DNA from: a bacterium
GTDB lineage: Bacteria > Patescibacteriota > Microgenomatia > UBA1400 > PJMF01
DNA: 64,000 nucleotides
Direction of reading: 5' to 3'
Assembly (NCBI GenBank): GCA_017431625.1
Contig: JAFRKQ010000021.1
Location: 77,324-141,323, forward strand
Under the pieces are notes generated by a model. The model saw nothing but the letters and a program-made list of their open reading frames with translations, was not told the DNA's origin and did not search any database. Of the stretch, positions 10,156 to 20,053 are shown piece by piece (the stretch's first letter is position 1; every line of letters begins with the position of its first letter). A program made the translations under genes and the position numbers.

Positions 10156-10941
10156 ATGTCGAGAAATGGAAAAAACAGCTTGTCGAGTGTGAGTCGAGCA
10201 GCACTTTTGGGCTTGGGAATTGTCGTCATTTTGTTCGCAAGTTTGTTTATGGCTTTACTGTTTCGTCATTTTCAACGTCATCATCAGGCTATTCCCACCA
10301 GCTTTCCGACTCCAGTCAGCGAGATAGGCAGACTGGAATTTGTTGACGGTCAGCAAATGCATTCGGATAATTACAATTTTACAACCGAAATTGATGGCCC
10401 GACACCACTGCAATTGCCACTGCGTACCCTTGCTGATTTTTCCGCTAGCGAGACAGCCACTCTCGCTCATCTTGACACCAATCGTGGCCGACTAACCGTA
10501 GAGCTCTATCCTGATCAAGCACCACTAACAGTAGCTAATTTTGTACACTTGGTACGTCAAAATTTTTACAATGGACTCCATTTTCACCGCGTGGAGCCAG
10601 GATTTGTCGCCCAAATCGGCGACCCAGCTAGCCGCAACGTCAGCAATCCTGAAGATTTGATGCAACTGGGCACTGGTTACCCTGGCTACCGGCTTGAAGA
10701 TGAATTTGGTGTTGGCCTGAGTCACAATCAAGTCGGGATTTTGTCTATGGCCAATATTAACATCAATGGCAATTATCCTCACTCTGGTGGCAGCCAGTTT
10801 TTTATCACGCTCGCGCCAGCTACCTATTTAGATGGCCGTCACGCAATTTTTGGTCGCGTGATCGAAGGACAGGAAATTTTGCCACAACTAGAAGTCGGTG
10901 ACGAAATTACTGCTATTACTCTTGATGACACCAACAATTAA
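10156..10941 (+). CDS. Cyclophilin-type peptidyl-prolyl isomerase, N-terminal TM anchor
   Basis: TM helix followed by cyclophilin domain (…HFHRVEPGFVAQIGDP…GILSMAN…SQFFITL). Track start 10120 is TTG inside the promoter. ATG 10156 preferred. Confidence 0.85.
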   Translation: MSRNGKNSLSSVSRAALLGLGIVVILFASLFMALLFRHFQRHHQAIPTSFPTPVSEIGRLEFVDGQQMHSDNYNFTTEIDGPTPLQLPLRTLADFSASETATLAHLDTNRGRLTVELYPDQAPLTVANFVHLVRQNFYNGLHFHRVEPGFVAQIGDPASRNVSNPEDLMQLGTGYPGYRLEDEFGVGLSHNQVGILSMANININGNYPHSGGSQFFITLAPATYLDGRHAIFGRVIEGQEILPQLEVGDEITAITLDDTNN

Positions 10942-12103
10942 CCTCCCTCGGAGAAAAATTATCGGCTTAAGTCTAATCACTGGATTGCTGTTTTGGTTGG
11001 TTGTGATTGTTAGTGGTTGGTTTTTTCATGATTGGCACATAGTCATTTTGTGTCAAAATGCCGATGAGATCAGGGCTACCGGTGGTTTTTTGGGCTCAAT
11101 TGTGTGGTTGCATTCTCGCCGCCAAGGGGTAGAGATCACCTTCCATGATATTTATGATTTTGACGCTCAGATAGGTTTTTTCCCGTCAGCCCCCATGCCA
11201 GTGCGTCGCTATCTGAGCGCTGGACTTGACCGCTTACACTTACAAGATGCCAATTGGGAAAGAGATTTTGCCATCGCTGCCCAACAAATTAGCGATCTAC
11301 TAGCGCAAGCACGCCAACCAAAACCAGATTTAATCATCAGTCTCAATTCTACCTTGATAGAAAATATTATCGATTATTTCTCTTTATTGGGTGCTGATTT
11401 CTCATTCGCCGACGAACACCAGAGGCTTATTACTAGTGATAATTTCAGCACTCTAGCACGCCTTGACCACCAGCTAACAGCCACTCCCAGACAGCCAAAA
11501 ACTCGCTTTTTGCGTTTTTTTGCCCAGCAATTGCGCCAAAACTTCAATCAAGCCAGTTTAAAACAAAAAATCGGCCTGATTCATTTAATCTACGAGAGTA
11601 AAAATCAACGTCTCTGGCAAGCTTATTCGCCACACCCATCAGTGCAATATTTACTGGCAAAACTTGGTACTAGTGGTCAGCTGCAGACAACAAAAAATTG
11701 TCACCAAATCTATTTTGTTCCTAGCAATGTCGGTGTCAACAAAAGCAATCACGCTACTAGTTTACAAATCAAGCCGATCGAGACGCAAAATCTGGCTGCC
11801 GGACACACACAACAAACCTATCGACTCACTATTGTCAATAGTAATTCCGCCCAAACACCCACTTATGATAGCAGCAATTTAATTTTCGCTGATTACCAAC
11901 GTTTATTGTTACCCCTAGATACACGGCTGGTAAACGTCAGTAGCGATGGGCAATCGCTCGCAATCGAGAGCCGTCTGATTCATGATAGCCGAGGGCGAGT
12001 ATGGGCTGAGTTTGGTTTTCTCGTGATTATCCCACCTCAAAGCCAAAAATCAATCGACATCACTCTTGAAGGCTGGGGAAAGTGCTGGCAAATCAATCAA
12101 TAA
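10925..12103 (+). CDS. Hypothetical membrane protein (tentatively DUF4012-like: QNADEIRATGGFLGS motif)
   Basis: N-terminal TM and large extracytoplasmic domain. Start uncertain (track 10898). Confidence 0.45.
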   Translation: MTPTINLPRRKIIGLSLITGLLFWLVVIVSGWFFHDWHIVILCQNADEIRATGGFLGSIVWLHSRRQGVEITFHDIYDFDAQIGFFPSAPMPVRRYLSAGLDRLHLQDANWERDFAIAAQQISDLLAQARQPKPDLIISLNSTLIENIIDYFSLLGADFSFADEHQRLITSDNFSTLARLDHQLTATPRQPKTRFLRFFAQQLRQNFNQASLKQKIGLIHLIYESKNQRLWQAYSPHPSVQYLLAKLGTSGQLQTTKNCHQIYFVPSNVGVNKSNHATSLQIKPIETQNLAAGHTQQTYRLTIVNSNSAQTPTYDSSNLIFADYQRLLLPLDTRLVNVSSDGQSLAIESRLIHDSRGRVWAEFGFLVIIPPQSQKSIDITLEGWGKCWQINQ

Positions 12104-12143
12104 TCACCATGAAAGCTCCCTAAACACTGTCCAAATTTGCCCC

Positions 12144-12172
12144 TTGACAAAAACGCACAGATGTGATATAAT
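12144..12172 (+). promoter_or_regulatory. Consensus sigma70 promoter TTGACA-17-TATAAT for the efflux operon
   Basis: Perfect hexamers at 12144-12149 and 12167-12172. ATG 12183 lies 10 nt after the -10. Confidence 0.65.
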
Positions 12173-12182
12173 ATGTGGATTA

Positions 12183-13511
12183 ATGCCAAAAAATAATAAA
12201 AAAACTATCATTAACAAGCAGTCCCCCCTGGACATATTTGTCGGGTGGTTGAAGAGGTTTGCGCCGGCGATCGCTATTATCGGCATCATTGTGCTAGCAG
12301 GTTTGATCTTCTGGAGTCGCAAGATTACTCCTGATGACGAGCCACAAGAGCCATTGCCAGAACAAACAACCTTTGTGGAACTATATCAGCCAGGTCAAAG
12401 TTATTTGACCACTCAGGCCAAAGTGACCGATGAGGGAGTGATTACTGTAGTCGCCCAAAGTAGCGGCGTCGTACAACGAGTCAATATCAGCGAGGGGCAA
12501 AAAGTCCGCCGTGGCCAACAACTGGCTAGTCTCTCAAGCAACTATCAAGGGGCCAATGCCTCCGCTCTCCAGTTAGAGTTGGCCGAAAAAAATTGGCTCA
12601 TGACTCACGCCAACTATTGGGATCAGGAAAAAGTGGATGATATCAATCATGAACTCAATCAAAATACTGCCTGGGTGACTCGCTGGGAAACCAATCCTAG
12701 CCGGAGCCTTGGTGGCAATGGCGATGCTTACACATCATTTTCTGGCTTGCAAAATCAAGAGCTTTTGAATCTTTCCGAGACTATGACCCAGCGCGGCCAG
12801 CAGCTAAGCCTGGATCAAGCCGAAAACAATTATTTTGCAGCGCAGATTGCCGCAAGTCTGATGTATCCAGCTACACCAGTAGCTGGTAGTATCGAAAAGG
12901 TCTATGTCAAAGTAGGGGACATTATTGCTGCTGGCTCACCGGTCGCGATTATCAAATCTGATAAAGCTGATGTCAAACTCGAGCTTTCTGTACCCGAACA
13001 CGTGATTCGCAATTTGTCACTTACCGCACCTGCTTGGTTTACTATCAATGGTACTCGGCAAGAAGTTAATTTGGACTTTATTCCCACCACACCCACTACT
13101 GGCAATAGCTATTTTCTGACAATGACACTGAGTCCTGAGGTGGCCAGTCTCGTTGCCAATGGCACTTACATTGACATTAATCTCCCACTTGATACCGTCC
13201 AAGACGACCGTCTGTTGCTACCACTTAATGCCATTTATCAGACTCAAGATCATGCCTACGCTTACGTGGTGGACGTCAACGAGGACAACCAACCCATTGC
13301 CAAACAAAAAGAGGTGACACTAGGAGCCGTGATTGGCACTCTGGTGACAGTGGAATCAGGCGTGCAGGCACAAGATAGAATTATCCTCAATAACAATTTA
13401 CTTGATGGTGACCGTATTACTTTCACTTTGGAACAACACAGCGCTGACAGCAATTATCCTATTCTCAATTTACCGATGGCAAGCATGAGCGCGATTACAT
13501 TCTTGGAGTAA
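12183..13511 (+). CDS. Periplasmic adaptor (HlyD/membrane-fusion-like) of RND efflux system
   Basis: N-terminal TM, lipoyl-like hairpin motif (GQKVRRGQQLASL), immediately upstream of and translationally coupled to the RND pump. Start corrected to MPKNNKK. Confidence 0.55.
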   Translation: MPKNNKKTIINKQSPLDIFVGWLKRFAPAIAIIGIIVLAGLIFWSRKITPDDEPQEPLPEQTTFVELYQPGQSYLTTQAKVTDEGVITVVAQSSGVVQRVNISEGQKVRRGQQLASLSSNYQGANASALQLELAEKNWLMTHANYWDQEKVDDINHELNQNTAWVTRWETNPSRSLGGNGDAYTSFSGLQNQELLNLSETMTQRGQQLSLDQAENNYFAAQIAASLMYPATPVAGSIEKVYVKVGDIIAAGSPVAIIKSDKADVKLELSVPEHVIRNLSLTAPAWFTINGTRQEVNLDFIPTTPTTGNSYFLTMTLSPEVASLVANGTYIDINLPLDTVQDDRLLLPLNAIYQTQDHAYAYVVDVNEDNQPIAKQKEVTLGAVIGTLVTVESGVQAQDRIILNNNLLDGDRITFTLEQHSADSNYPILNLPMASMSAITFLE

Positions 13512-13514
13512 AAT

Positions 13515-16500
13515 ATGAAAAAATCAGGGATTGCAAGATACCTAGGCAACTTACGCCTCTCATTCTTTGGCTACGTCATCGTTATTGCCGTGGGTCTATG
13601 GGCGTGGTTTACCCTCCCACGCGAGGAAATGCCCGCCATCAAGCTACCCGTCACTTTGGTGTCGGTAGTTTTGCCTGGTGCTAATCCCCAAGACGTTGAG
13701 CAATTAATCACTGTTCCTCTTGAAGACAAACTCCGCGGCATCAAAGGCATTGACTATATTCGCTCCTCCAGCATGGAAAATGCCAGTGTATCCATTATAA
13801 TGTTCAAAGAGGATTTTAACACTGAGACCATGGTGCAAAAAGTCCGCGAAAAAGTAGATGCGACCAACTTGCCTAGCGATGCACTTGAGCCCACTATCAT
13901 GCAAATGGACTTTGATGAAGTGCCAGTGTGGACCTTTGCCCTCACGGGTAGCGATAGAGTTGGTCTGACTCATGTTGCCGAAAAACTAGAAGAAGAACTC
14001 GAGCGTCAAGCCACCATTGATCGGGTGGAAATTACCGGCGTTCAGGACAGAGAAATCGTTGTCCATATGGATCAAGCTGACATTGCCAAATACGGTGTCA
14101 ACCCTGCGGCTTTGGCCACTAACATCGCGGCAGCGACTGCCAATGTGCCCGCTGGCAGCGTCAACTTAGGTAATTATTCCTACTCCGTATCCATTGACAA
14201 GGAAGTAGCCGATATTGATCAGCTGCGACGGATGGCGATTATCCTCAATGGTGTGGAATATCAGCTCGGCGACATCGCTCACATCTACGAACAAGAAAAA
14301 CCTGGCAACACCAATTCTTATCAGCTAAGCAGTGATGGTCAAGTCTCTCAAGTAGTCACTCTCAATGTCTACAAAACTGCTGGTTCTGACATTGATGCCA
14401 ATGCTGAGTTGGCTCATCAGGTCGTTGATCGAGTCTTGCTCGACTATCCCCAATACAATATCACCAGTTTGTCAGATACTGGAGAAGAAATCAAAGACAC
14501 TTTTAATGATTTGTACAAAAATATTATTGAAACAATCGCTTTGGTGTTTTTGATCATGTTTATCTTCCTTGGTGCTCGCGAAGCCACCATTGCAGCAGTC
14601 AGCATTCCTGTAGTAATGTTGGTCACCTTTGGTGGCATGATGGCTGCTGGTCTCTCTCTCAACTTTGTTTCTCTTTTCGGTTTGCTTATTGCCCTGGGTA
14701 TGCTAGTAGACAATGCCATTGTGGTTGTGACGGCCCTGTCACGTTCGTACTTTGAACGCCGCGACCAGGGAGTAACTGCTTTACAAGCCGGGGTCGACGT
14801 CTGGAATGAGTTTTTTGTGGCGCTCATTTCCACCAACCTTACCACTATTTGGGCCTTCTTGCCACTGTTGCTCGTGACTGGCATTATGGGACAAATGGTG
14901 TTCCCCGTCGGCATTGTGGTCACTGTGGCCATGTTGGCCTCCGCTTTAGTAGCTTTTTTGCTCACTTTGCCCTTGGGTATTTACGTTTTGGAACCCCGAG
15001 TGCCAGTGCGCTTGCAAAAGTTTATTGCCGTCGCTATTGTTTTGGTAGTCACGATTGCTTTGATAGTGGCCTTGCCAAAAAACTGGTTGCTCATCCCCAT
15101 TATCCTTGTAAGCTGGTTGCTACTGTTTGCTCTTCTGGCCTGGAGACTCAAGTCTCGCCACCAACGCCAGCAACAGTCAACAGCCAACTCCAGAGGCAAG
15201 ATCTTGACCGTGATCCAGGACGGTTTAATCAGCACTGCCAAAATCGAAAACGCCTACCAAAACGTCATCGGTGCTATTCTCGCCAAGCGCTCACGCATGT
15301 GGATTAGCATCATTGTTATCTTTGTCATTACTATTGCCTCATTTTCTCTACCTTTGATTGGCTTGGTTCATAGTGAGTTTTTCCCCAAAGAAGAAGCTGA
15401 TTATTTTGACATGATCCTCACTTTACCAGTGGGTACCAATATCGACCAGACTGATCGCGTAGCGCGGGAGCTTTTGCCACAATTGGCTGAGAATGTTCCT
15501 GATCTCAACTATATCACCGCCCAGGTAGGTCGCGGTAGCGGCAGCTCGATTGCCAGTGCTGGCAGCAATGACAATAAAGTGGTCTTTACTTTCAATCTCA
15601 TTCCCGAAAAACAACGTCATTCAAGTTCTATTGCCACCGCTGCTCAGGTGCGTGAACGTTGGCAAGACAATCCTTATGGTCAGATTGAAGTCAATGAAAT
15701 GAGCTCGGTTTCATCTGGCGGTGGCGATATTCAGCTCTACTTAATTGGTGAAGATATGGATGTTCTCAGCGAAAAAGCTGGTGCTATGGTTGATTGGCTC
15801 AAAGCTCAGCCTGGTGTAGTTGATGTCAAATCAGATATTGACAATACTAGCAAGCGTTTGGTCTTCCGCCCCGATGATCAACTCATTACCAGTTATGGTT
15901 TGAGCAACTCCAGTCTAGGCTTATGGTTGCGTAGCAGTTTGAGTGGTTGGAATCTGGGTAGTTTGCGCAAAAACAAAAAAGATGTTGATATCACCTTGCG
16001 CCAGCACGATAGCACCCCCAAAATGGAGACTTTGAGCAATATACAAGTACCCATCAGCGAGGTCGGTTATGTACCGCTTGAAAGTCTGGGACAAATCACC
16101 ATTGAACCCAATCTAGCCCAAATCTCCAGACGTGATTATAATCGAGCCGTTGAAGTCTCCGCCTCAGTCGAAAATGGCTACTCGTCCACAGAAATAAATG
16201 CCCAGTTTGAGCAATTTATCCAAAATGAACTCAACTTGCCCGCTGGCTACAAAACCACCCTTGGTGGTGTCCAGGACATGAACAATAACGCTATCCGCGA
16301 TCTCGCGCTGGCGATGGTAATTGCCTTCATGCTGATTCTTATCACCCTCGTCATTCAATTGCGCTCTTTCCGCAAAGCTTTTATCGTCATGAGTGTCATT
16401 CCGGTCGCCATCTCTGGTGTCTTTATCAATTTTGCCATCTTGGGTTGGTCACTTAGTCTGCCAGCGGTCATTGGTGTTTTGGCTCTTTTTGGCATTGTGG

Positions 16501-16826
16501 TCAATAACTCCATTCTCATTATTGAGCGTATCAACCAAAACCTAGATGCTGGCCAAGACTTCATGCCTGCTGTCATCGAGGGGAGTGTCAGCCGCCTTCA
16601 ACCAATCCTCCTCACCTCACTGACAACTATCATCGGGATGCTACCAATCACTCTTTCCAGTCCACTTTGGCAGGGCTTGGGAGGGGCGATCGTCTGTGGT
16701 CTGACGTTTTCGGGAGTGCTCTTGCTTTTCTATGTGCCATCACTGTTTGTGATCATGTTTGAGCCCAAATTCCGTCGCAGTAGTGATGATCAATGGCGCG
16801 CTTTGCTTGACAAACTCTCCAGCTAA
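13515..16826 (+). CDS. RND family efflux transporter (AcrB/HAE1-like)
   Basis: 1103 aa, 12-TM architecture with two large periplasmic loops. Conserved RND blocks (…GLLIALGMLVDNAIVVV…, …GIVVNNSILIIE…). Confidence 0.95.
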   Translation: MKKSGIARYLGNLRLSFFGYVIVIAVGLWAWFTLPREEMPAIKLPVTLVSVVLPGANPQDVEQLITVPLEDKLRGIKGIDYIRSSSMENASVSIIMFKEDFNTETMVQKVREKVDATNLPSDALEPTIMQMDFDEVPVWTFALTGSDRVGLTHVAEKLEEELERQATIDRVEITGVQDREIVVHMDQADIAKYGVNPAALATNIAAATANVPAGSVNLGNYSYSVSIDKEVADIDQLRRMAIILNGVEYQLGDIAHIYEQEKPGNTNSYQLSSDGQVSQVVTLNVYKTAGSDIDANAELAHQVVDRVLLDYPQYNITSLSDTGEEIKDTFNDLYKNIIETIALVFLIMFIFLGAREATIAAVSIPVVMLVTFGGMMAAGLSLNFVSLFGLLIALGMLVDNAIVVVTALSRSYFERRDQGVTALQAGVDVWNEFFVALISTNLTTIWAFLPLLLVTGIMGQMVFPVGIVVTVAMLASALVAFLLTLPLGIYVLEPRVPVRLQKFIAVAIVLVVTIALIVALPKNWLLIPIILVSWLLLFALLAWRLKSRHQRQQQSTANSRGKILTVIQDGLISTAKIENAYQNVIGAILAKRSRMWISIIVIFVITIASFSLPLIGLVHSEFFPKEEADYFDMILTLPVGTNIDQTDRVARELLPQLAENVPDLNYITAQVGRGSGSSIASAGSNDNKVVFTFNLIPEKQRHSSSIATAAQVRERWQDNPYGQIEVNEMSSVSSGGGDIQLYLIGEDMDVLSEKAGAMVDWLKAQPGVVDVKSDIDNTSKRLVFRPDDQLITSYGLSNSSLGLWLRSSLSGWNLGSLRKNKKDVDITLRQHDSTPKMETLSNIQVPISEVGYVPLESLGQITIEPNLAQISRRDYNRAVEVSASVENGYSSTEINAQFEQFIQNELNLPAGYKTTLGGVQDMNNNAIRDLALAMVIAFMLILITLVIQLRSFRKAFIVMSVIPVAISGVFINFAILGWSLSLPAVIGVLALFGIVVNNSILIIERINQNLDAGQDFMPAVIEGSVSRLQPILLTSLTTIIGMLPITLSSPLWQGLGGAIVCGLTFSGVLLLFYVPSLFVIMFEPKFRRSSDDQWRALLDKLSS

Positions 16827-16912
16827 AAGCCAGGTTACCCGCTAATACCCTATATTATATCACATAGAGGCCAATTTGTCAAGAGGCAATTTCCAGGCAA
16901 AACTTGCTCAAA

Positions 16913-16941
16913 TTGACAAAACTTATGACAGCGAGTACAAT
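16913..16941 (+). promoter_or_regulatory. Sigma70-like promoter TTGACA-17-TACAAT
   Basis: -35 at 16913-16918, -10 at 16936-16941. ATG 16955 lies 14 nt downstream. Confidence 0.5.
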
Positions 16942-16954
16942 ACACACAAGTTTT

Positions 16955-17770
16955 ATGACACAATCACGACTCAAAACCACCACCAGTAGTATAAGCCCTT
17001 CTTTTTATTCTCAGCGCCGGCGCACCCAAACTCCAGCTGGCAGCTCACGTCTGGAGGCTCAGGCCCAAAGACTAGAACAAGAAAAATACGCCTGCCGTTA
17101 TTTGCGTCTACAAATCCTTTTGCTAATATTACTCATCATTGGTAGCGGGGTTGTTTATCTCATTTTTATTTTCCCCTTTTTGGTACAATGGACTGGCCAG
17201 CTCAATTCGCAAAAATATGAGGCCCCTGATCACTCCATTCGTCCCCAAGTACCCCTTCTCAATGCGCCGTCAAGTTATACCAATGAGCCGACGCTCAAAT
17301 TATCTGGTTTTGCCACCCCAAGCACCTGGGTGCAATTTATTGTCAACAATCAAGTCGTTCCCGAAGGCAAGGTGCCGGTGGGTCTTAATGGTGAGTTTGT
17401 AGTGGATTTATCACTTCAAGAAGGCGAAAATACTCTTCAGGCATATAGTTTTGATGATCAAGGCTTACAATCCAATGATACCAAACTCTATACCGTCACT
17501 CTTGACACTCAGCAACCAGACATCGATCTAGAATCGCCAGAAAATCACCAACAATTCCACGGACGTGCCAGCCAGATCGTGATCATCAATGGTCACACCG
17601 AGCCAGGCGCGCGAGTTTTGGTCAATACTAGTGCTACCAGAGCAGATGTGGATGGTTTTTTTGAGCTGGAATATCGCCTGAGCGAAGGGGATAACAACCT
17701 CGAAATTGTCGCAACTGACAAGGCTGAAAACGAAAACAAGATCACAATCAACGTCAATTTTCAACCTTAA
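16955..17770 (+). CDS. Membrane-anchored protein with two bacterial Ig-like domains
   Basis: TM helix, then repeated Ig-like segments (…TLQAYSFDDQG…, …NNLEIVATDKAEN…). Track start 16904 is TTG. Confidence 0.55.
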   Translation: MTQSRLKTTTSSISPSFYSQRRRTQTPAGSSRLEAQAQRLEQEKYACRYLRLQILLLILLIIGSGVVYLIFIFPFLVQWTGQLNSQKYEAPDHSIRPQVPLLNAPSSYTNEPTLKLSGFATPSTWVQFIVNNQVVPEGKVPVGLNGEFVVDLSLQEGENTLQAYSFDDQGLQSNDTKLYTVTLDTQQPDIDLESPENHQQFHGRASQIVIINGHTEPGARVLVNTSATRADVDGFFELEYRLSEGDNNLEIVATDKAENENKITINVNFQP

Positions 17771-17788
17771 ATATGATATAATATCCCT

Positions 17789-18364
17789 ATGACCATTACA
17801 AAACAAAAAGTCATTGATTGGGTGCTGGATTTTGTGGAGACGATTGTATCTTCACTGGCGATCTTTTTTATTATTTATATTTTTATTGTCCAGCCACATC
17901 AGGTCAATGGCCACTCGATGGATCCCAATCTACAAACAGGGGAATTTTTGCTCACCGAAAAAGTGTCTTATCGCTTTCACCAGCCACATCGGGGCGATGT
18001 CGTTGTTTTTCAGGCACCGGTCAGTAGTGGTTGTATTGGTGATGATTGCGATTATATCAAAAGAATTATTGGTCTGCCTGGAGAAAAAGTCAAAGTTAGC
18101 AACGGCAAAATTTTTGTCAACGATCAGCAGCTAGACGAAACGTCATATTTGTCTGCGAGTGTGATCACGGGAGCAGGCAGTTTTACTGCTGGTGAGAAAG
18201 AAATCATTCTGGCGGAGAATCAATATTTTGTTTGCGGCGACAATCGGTCGGCCTCATCTGATTCACGAGCTTGGGGGCCAATTGAGCGTGACAGCATTGT
18301 AGGGCGAGCTTTCTTTTCTTACTGGCCAATTGGGACTTTTGGTCTAATCAAACAAGGTCACTAA
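17789..18364 (+). CDS. lepB: Signal peptidase I
   Basis: S26 motifs NGHSMDPNL, RGDVVVF, YIKRIIGLPGE, GDNRSASSDSR. -10 TATAAT at 17777-17782 only 6 nt before ATG (leaderless). Confidence 0.85.
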   Translation: MTITKQKVIDWVLDFVETIVSSLAIFFIIYIFIVQPHQVNGHSMDPNLQTGEFLLTEKVSYRFHQPHRGDVVVFQAPVSSGCIGDDCDYIKRIIGLPGEKVKVSNGKIFVNDQQLDETSYLSASVITGAGSFTAGEKEIILAENQYFVCGDNRSASSDSRAWGPIERDSIVGRAFFSYWPIGTFGLIKQGH

Positions 18365-19056
18365 GCGACCGGAAAAATAGCAATTGCCATTGTGCCACCA
18401 TTAGGTCGAGAAACATAATCCAGCTGAGCATCAAATTTTTCTTGCAAAAGACTGCGTACCCGATAAACTCCTTGACCACTGGGTAGTACTTTATGCTTGC
18501 GACTTAGAGTTTTGACATTTTTACTCGTGTGACGTAAACGATACAAAGGCGCTTGTTCCATACCCTGGCCATTATCAGCAATCAACAAAATCAAACTACG
18601 CATCAGTGGTAACAAAAAAATATCAATTTCCCGTCCCACCCGAATATCATGATAACTTTCAGCCGCATTATTAAGCAAGTGAGTAACAATCAAAGCAAAA
18701 TCCTGCGGCGAACCAAAAAGGCAAGGTAAATTAAAATCATCCAAATGATGGTACTGACACTGGACACGATATGGTTTGCGGTAATCATTAATCACTTGAC
18801 GGACTATATCTACCGGTGCAAAAATCTGTCTTTCCAAATAAACCGCATCGCGACTGTAAGGACGCAAAAGCGTCATAATCTGATCCATTTGTTGGCAAGC
18901 ACTTTCAACATCAAGTGGCGGCCACACGTGGCTTTGAGTGGATTTTTGTTGTCGCCAAGATTCTAAATCAAGCGCCAAATTTGTCAACGGTGTCGCTAGA
19001 TCATGCAGGAGTTGTTGTTCAGGAGACACGTTCTGCCCGATGTCCATAATCGACAT
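18361..19056 (-). CDS. Soluble histidine-kinase-like protein (H-box HDLATPLT plus HATPase N-box LLNNAAES), no TM or sensor domain
   Basis: HisKA-like H box near N-terminus, ATP-lid motifs in C-terminal half. 4-bp convergent overlap with lepB. Confidence 0.55.
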   Translation of the reverse strand: MSIMDIGQNVSPEQQLLHDLATPLTNLALDLESWRQQKSTQSHVWPPLDVESACQQMDQIMTLLRPYSRDAVYLERQIFAPVDIVRQVINDYRKPYRVQCQYHHLDDFNLPCLFGSPQDFALIVTHLLNNAAESYHDIRVGREIDIFLLPLMRSLILLIADNGQGMEQAPLYRLRHTSKNVKTLSRKHKVLPSGQGVYRVRSLLQEKFDAQLDYVSRPNGGTMAIAIFPVA

Positions 19057-19350
19057 GTATCTTTCTTATGCACTTTGATAGCTTAACATGGCAGCAGCGT
19101 TTTTTATTATTTATTATAAAGTCTATTCTATCATAAAAAAAGCTATTTGTCAACATATAAAACACATCCGTTCATAAAATCACTACAATTTTCCAGGCGA
19201 GAAAATTTGATCCTAAATTCGTTTTATTTTGGTCTTTTTTTGGGGTAAAATTATGTATGCGCGATGAGGCAAGCTAAACTGCTGCTTGACAAAAGCCTGA
19301 AAATGATATATAAAAAGCAGGTAGCAAGCAGAAATAGATAGAAAGAGACA

Positions 19351-19971
19351 ATGGCAGTGACTCTCTACAAAAAACAAAAACAGATTTACGACTATCTGTG
19401 TCAGTATATTCAAAAAAATGATTTCGCCCCGACGCTCAAAGAGATCGCTGACGCTATGCATGTCAATTCTGTCGCCACCATCCACGAGCATCTCAAAGCT
19501 TTGGAAGATAAAAATCTCATCCGGCGCTCCAAAGGCAAAAACCGTTCTATCGAACTCACCAATCGGACTTTCCTCAAGCTAACCGAGGGGGTTGATTTAC
19601 CTATCACTGGCTTTTTGCGCCACGGTGAGCCTTTGATTACCAATGTTCGCACTGATCAGACCTTTCGGGTGTCTCCAGAGCTAATTACTGGCAAAAAGCG
19701 AGCCTTTATCCTCCAGATTCAAGGTGATAACTGGGACGAAGACTTGCTAACCAATGGCGATTATTTGGTGCTAGAGGAAGAAAAAGAGGTGGCCAATGGC
19801 ACACCGGTCGTCGTAGTCTTGGAGAATGGCGCCATCACTATCTGCAAGTATTTCCGCGAAGCCACTCGTTTGCGTCTGGAAAAGATGTACAATCTGGACG
19901 CGATGCCAATTTATGCTGGCCAAGTCCAGATTTTGGGACAAATTATGGGGATGATCCGTAAAAACTTCTAA
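19351..19971 (+). CDS. lexA: LexA-family repressor homologue (wHTH + S24 peptidase-like domain) with catalytic Ser replaced by Asn
   Basis: N-terminal LexA DNA-binding domain, C-terminal …ILQIQGDNWDEDLLTNGDYLVL…ITICKYF aligning to E. coli LexA GMSM…VTVKRL. Codon AAC (Asn) at 19729-19731 where Ser (AGC) is expected. Confidence 0.75.
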   Translation: MAVTLYKKQKQIYDYLCQYIQKNDFAPTLKEIADAMHVNSVATIHEHLKALEDKNLIRRSKGKNRSIELTNRTFLKLTEGVDLPITGFLRHGEPLITNVRTDQTFRVSPELITGKKRAFILQIQGDNWDEDLLTNGDYLVLEEEKEVANGTPVVVVLENGAITICKYFREATRLRLEKMYNLDAMPIYAGQVQILGQIMGMIRKNF

Positions 19972-20053
19972 AACAAATTGCGCAAAAAGCCACCAAAATC
20001 AGCCAAAATTGACTCCGAAAAAGTGACCAAACGGGTGTATAATACAGCTAATT

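Noticed and set aside
13704-16576. Antisense ORFs inside the RND transporter gene (e.g. 14444-14965, 14849-15307, 16355-16576)
   Set aside because: Nested in a 1103-aa conserved transporter. Low-complexity translations.
19213-19491. 92-aa minus-strand ORF overlapping the lexA start and promoter
   Set aside because: Overlaps a well-supported LexA N-terminus and an AT-rich promoter. Likely spurious.
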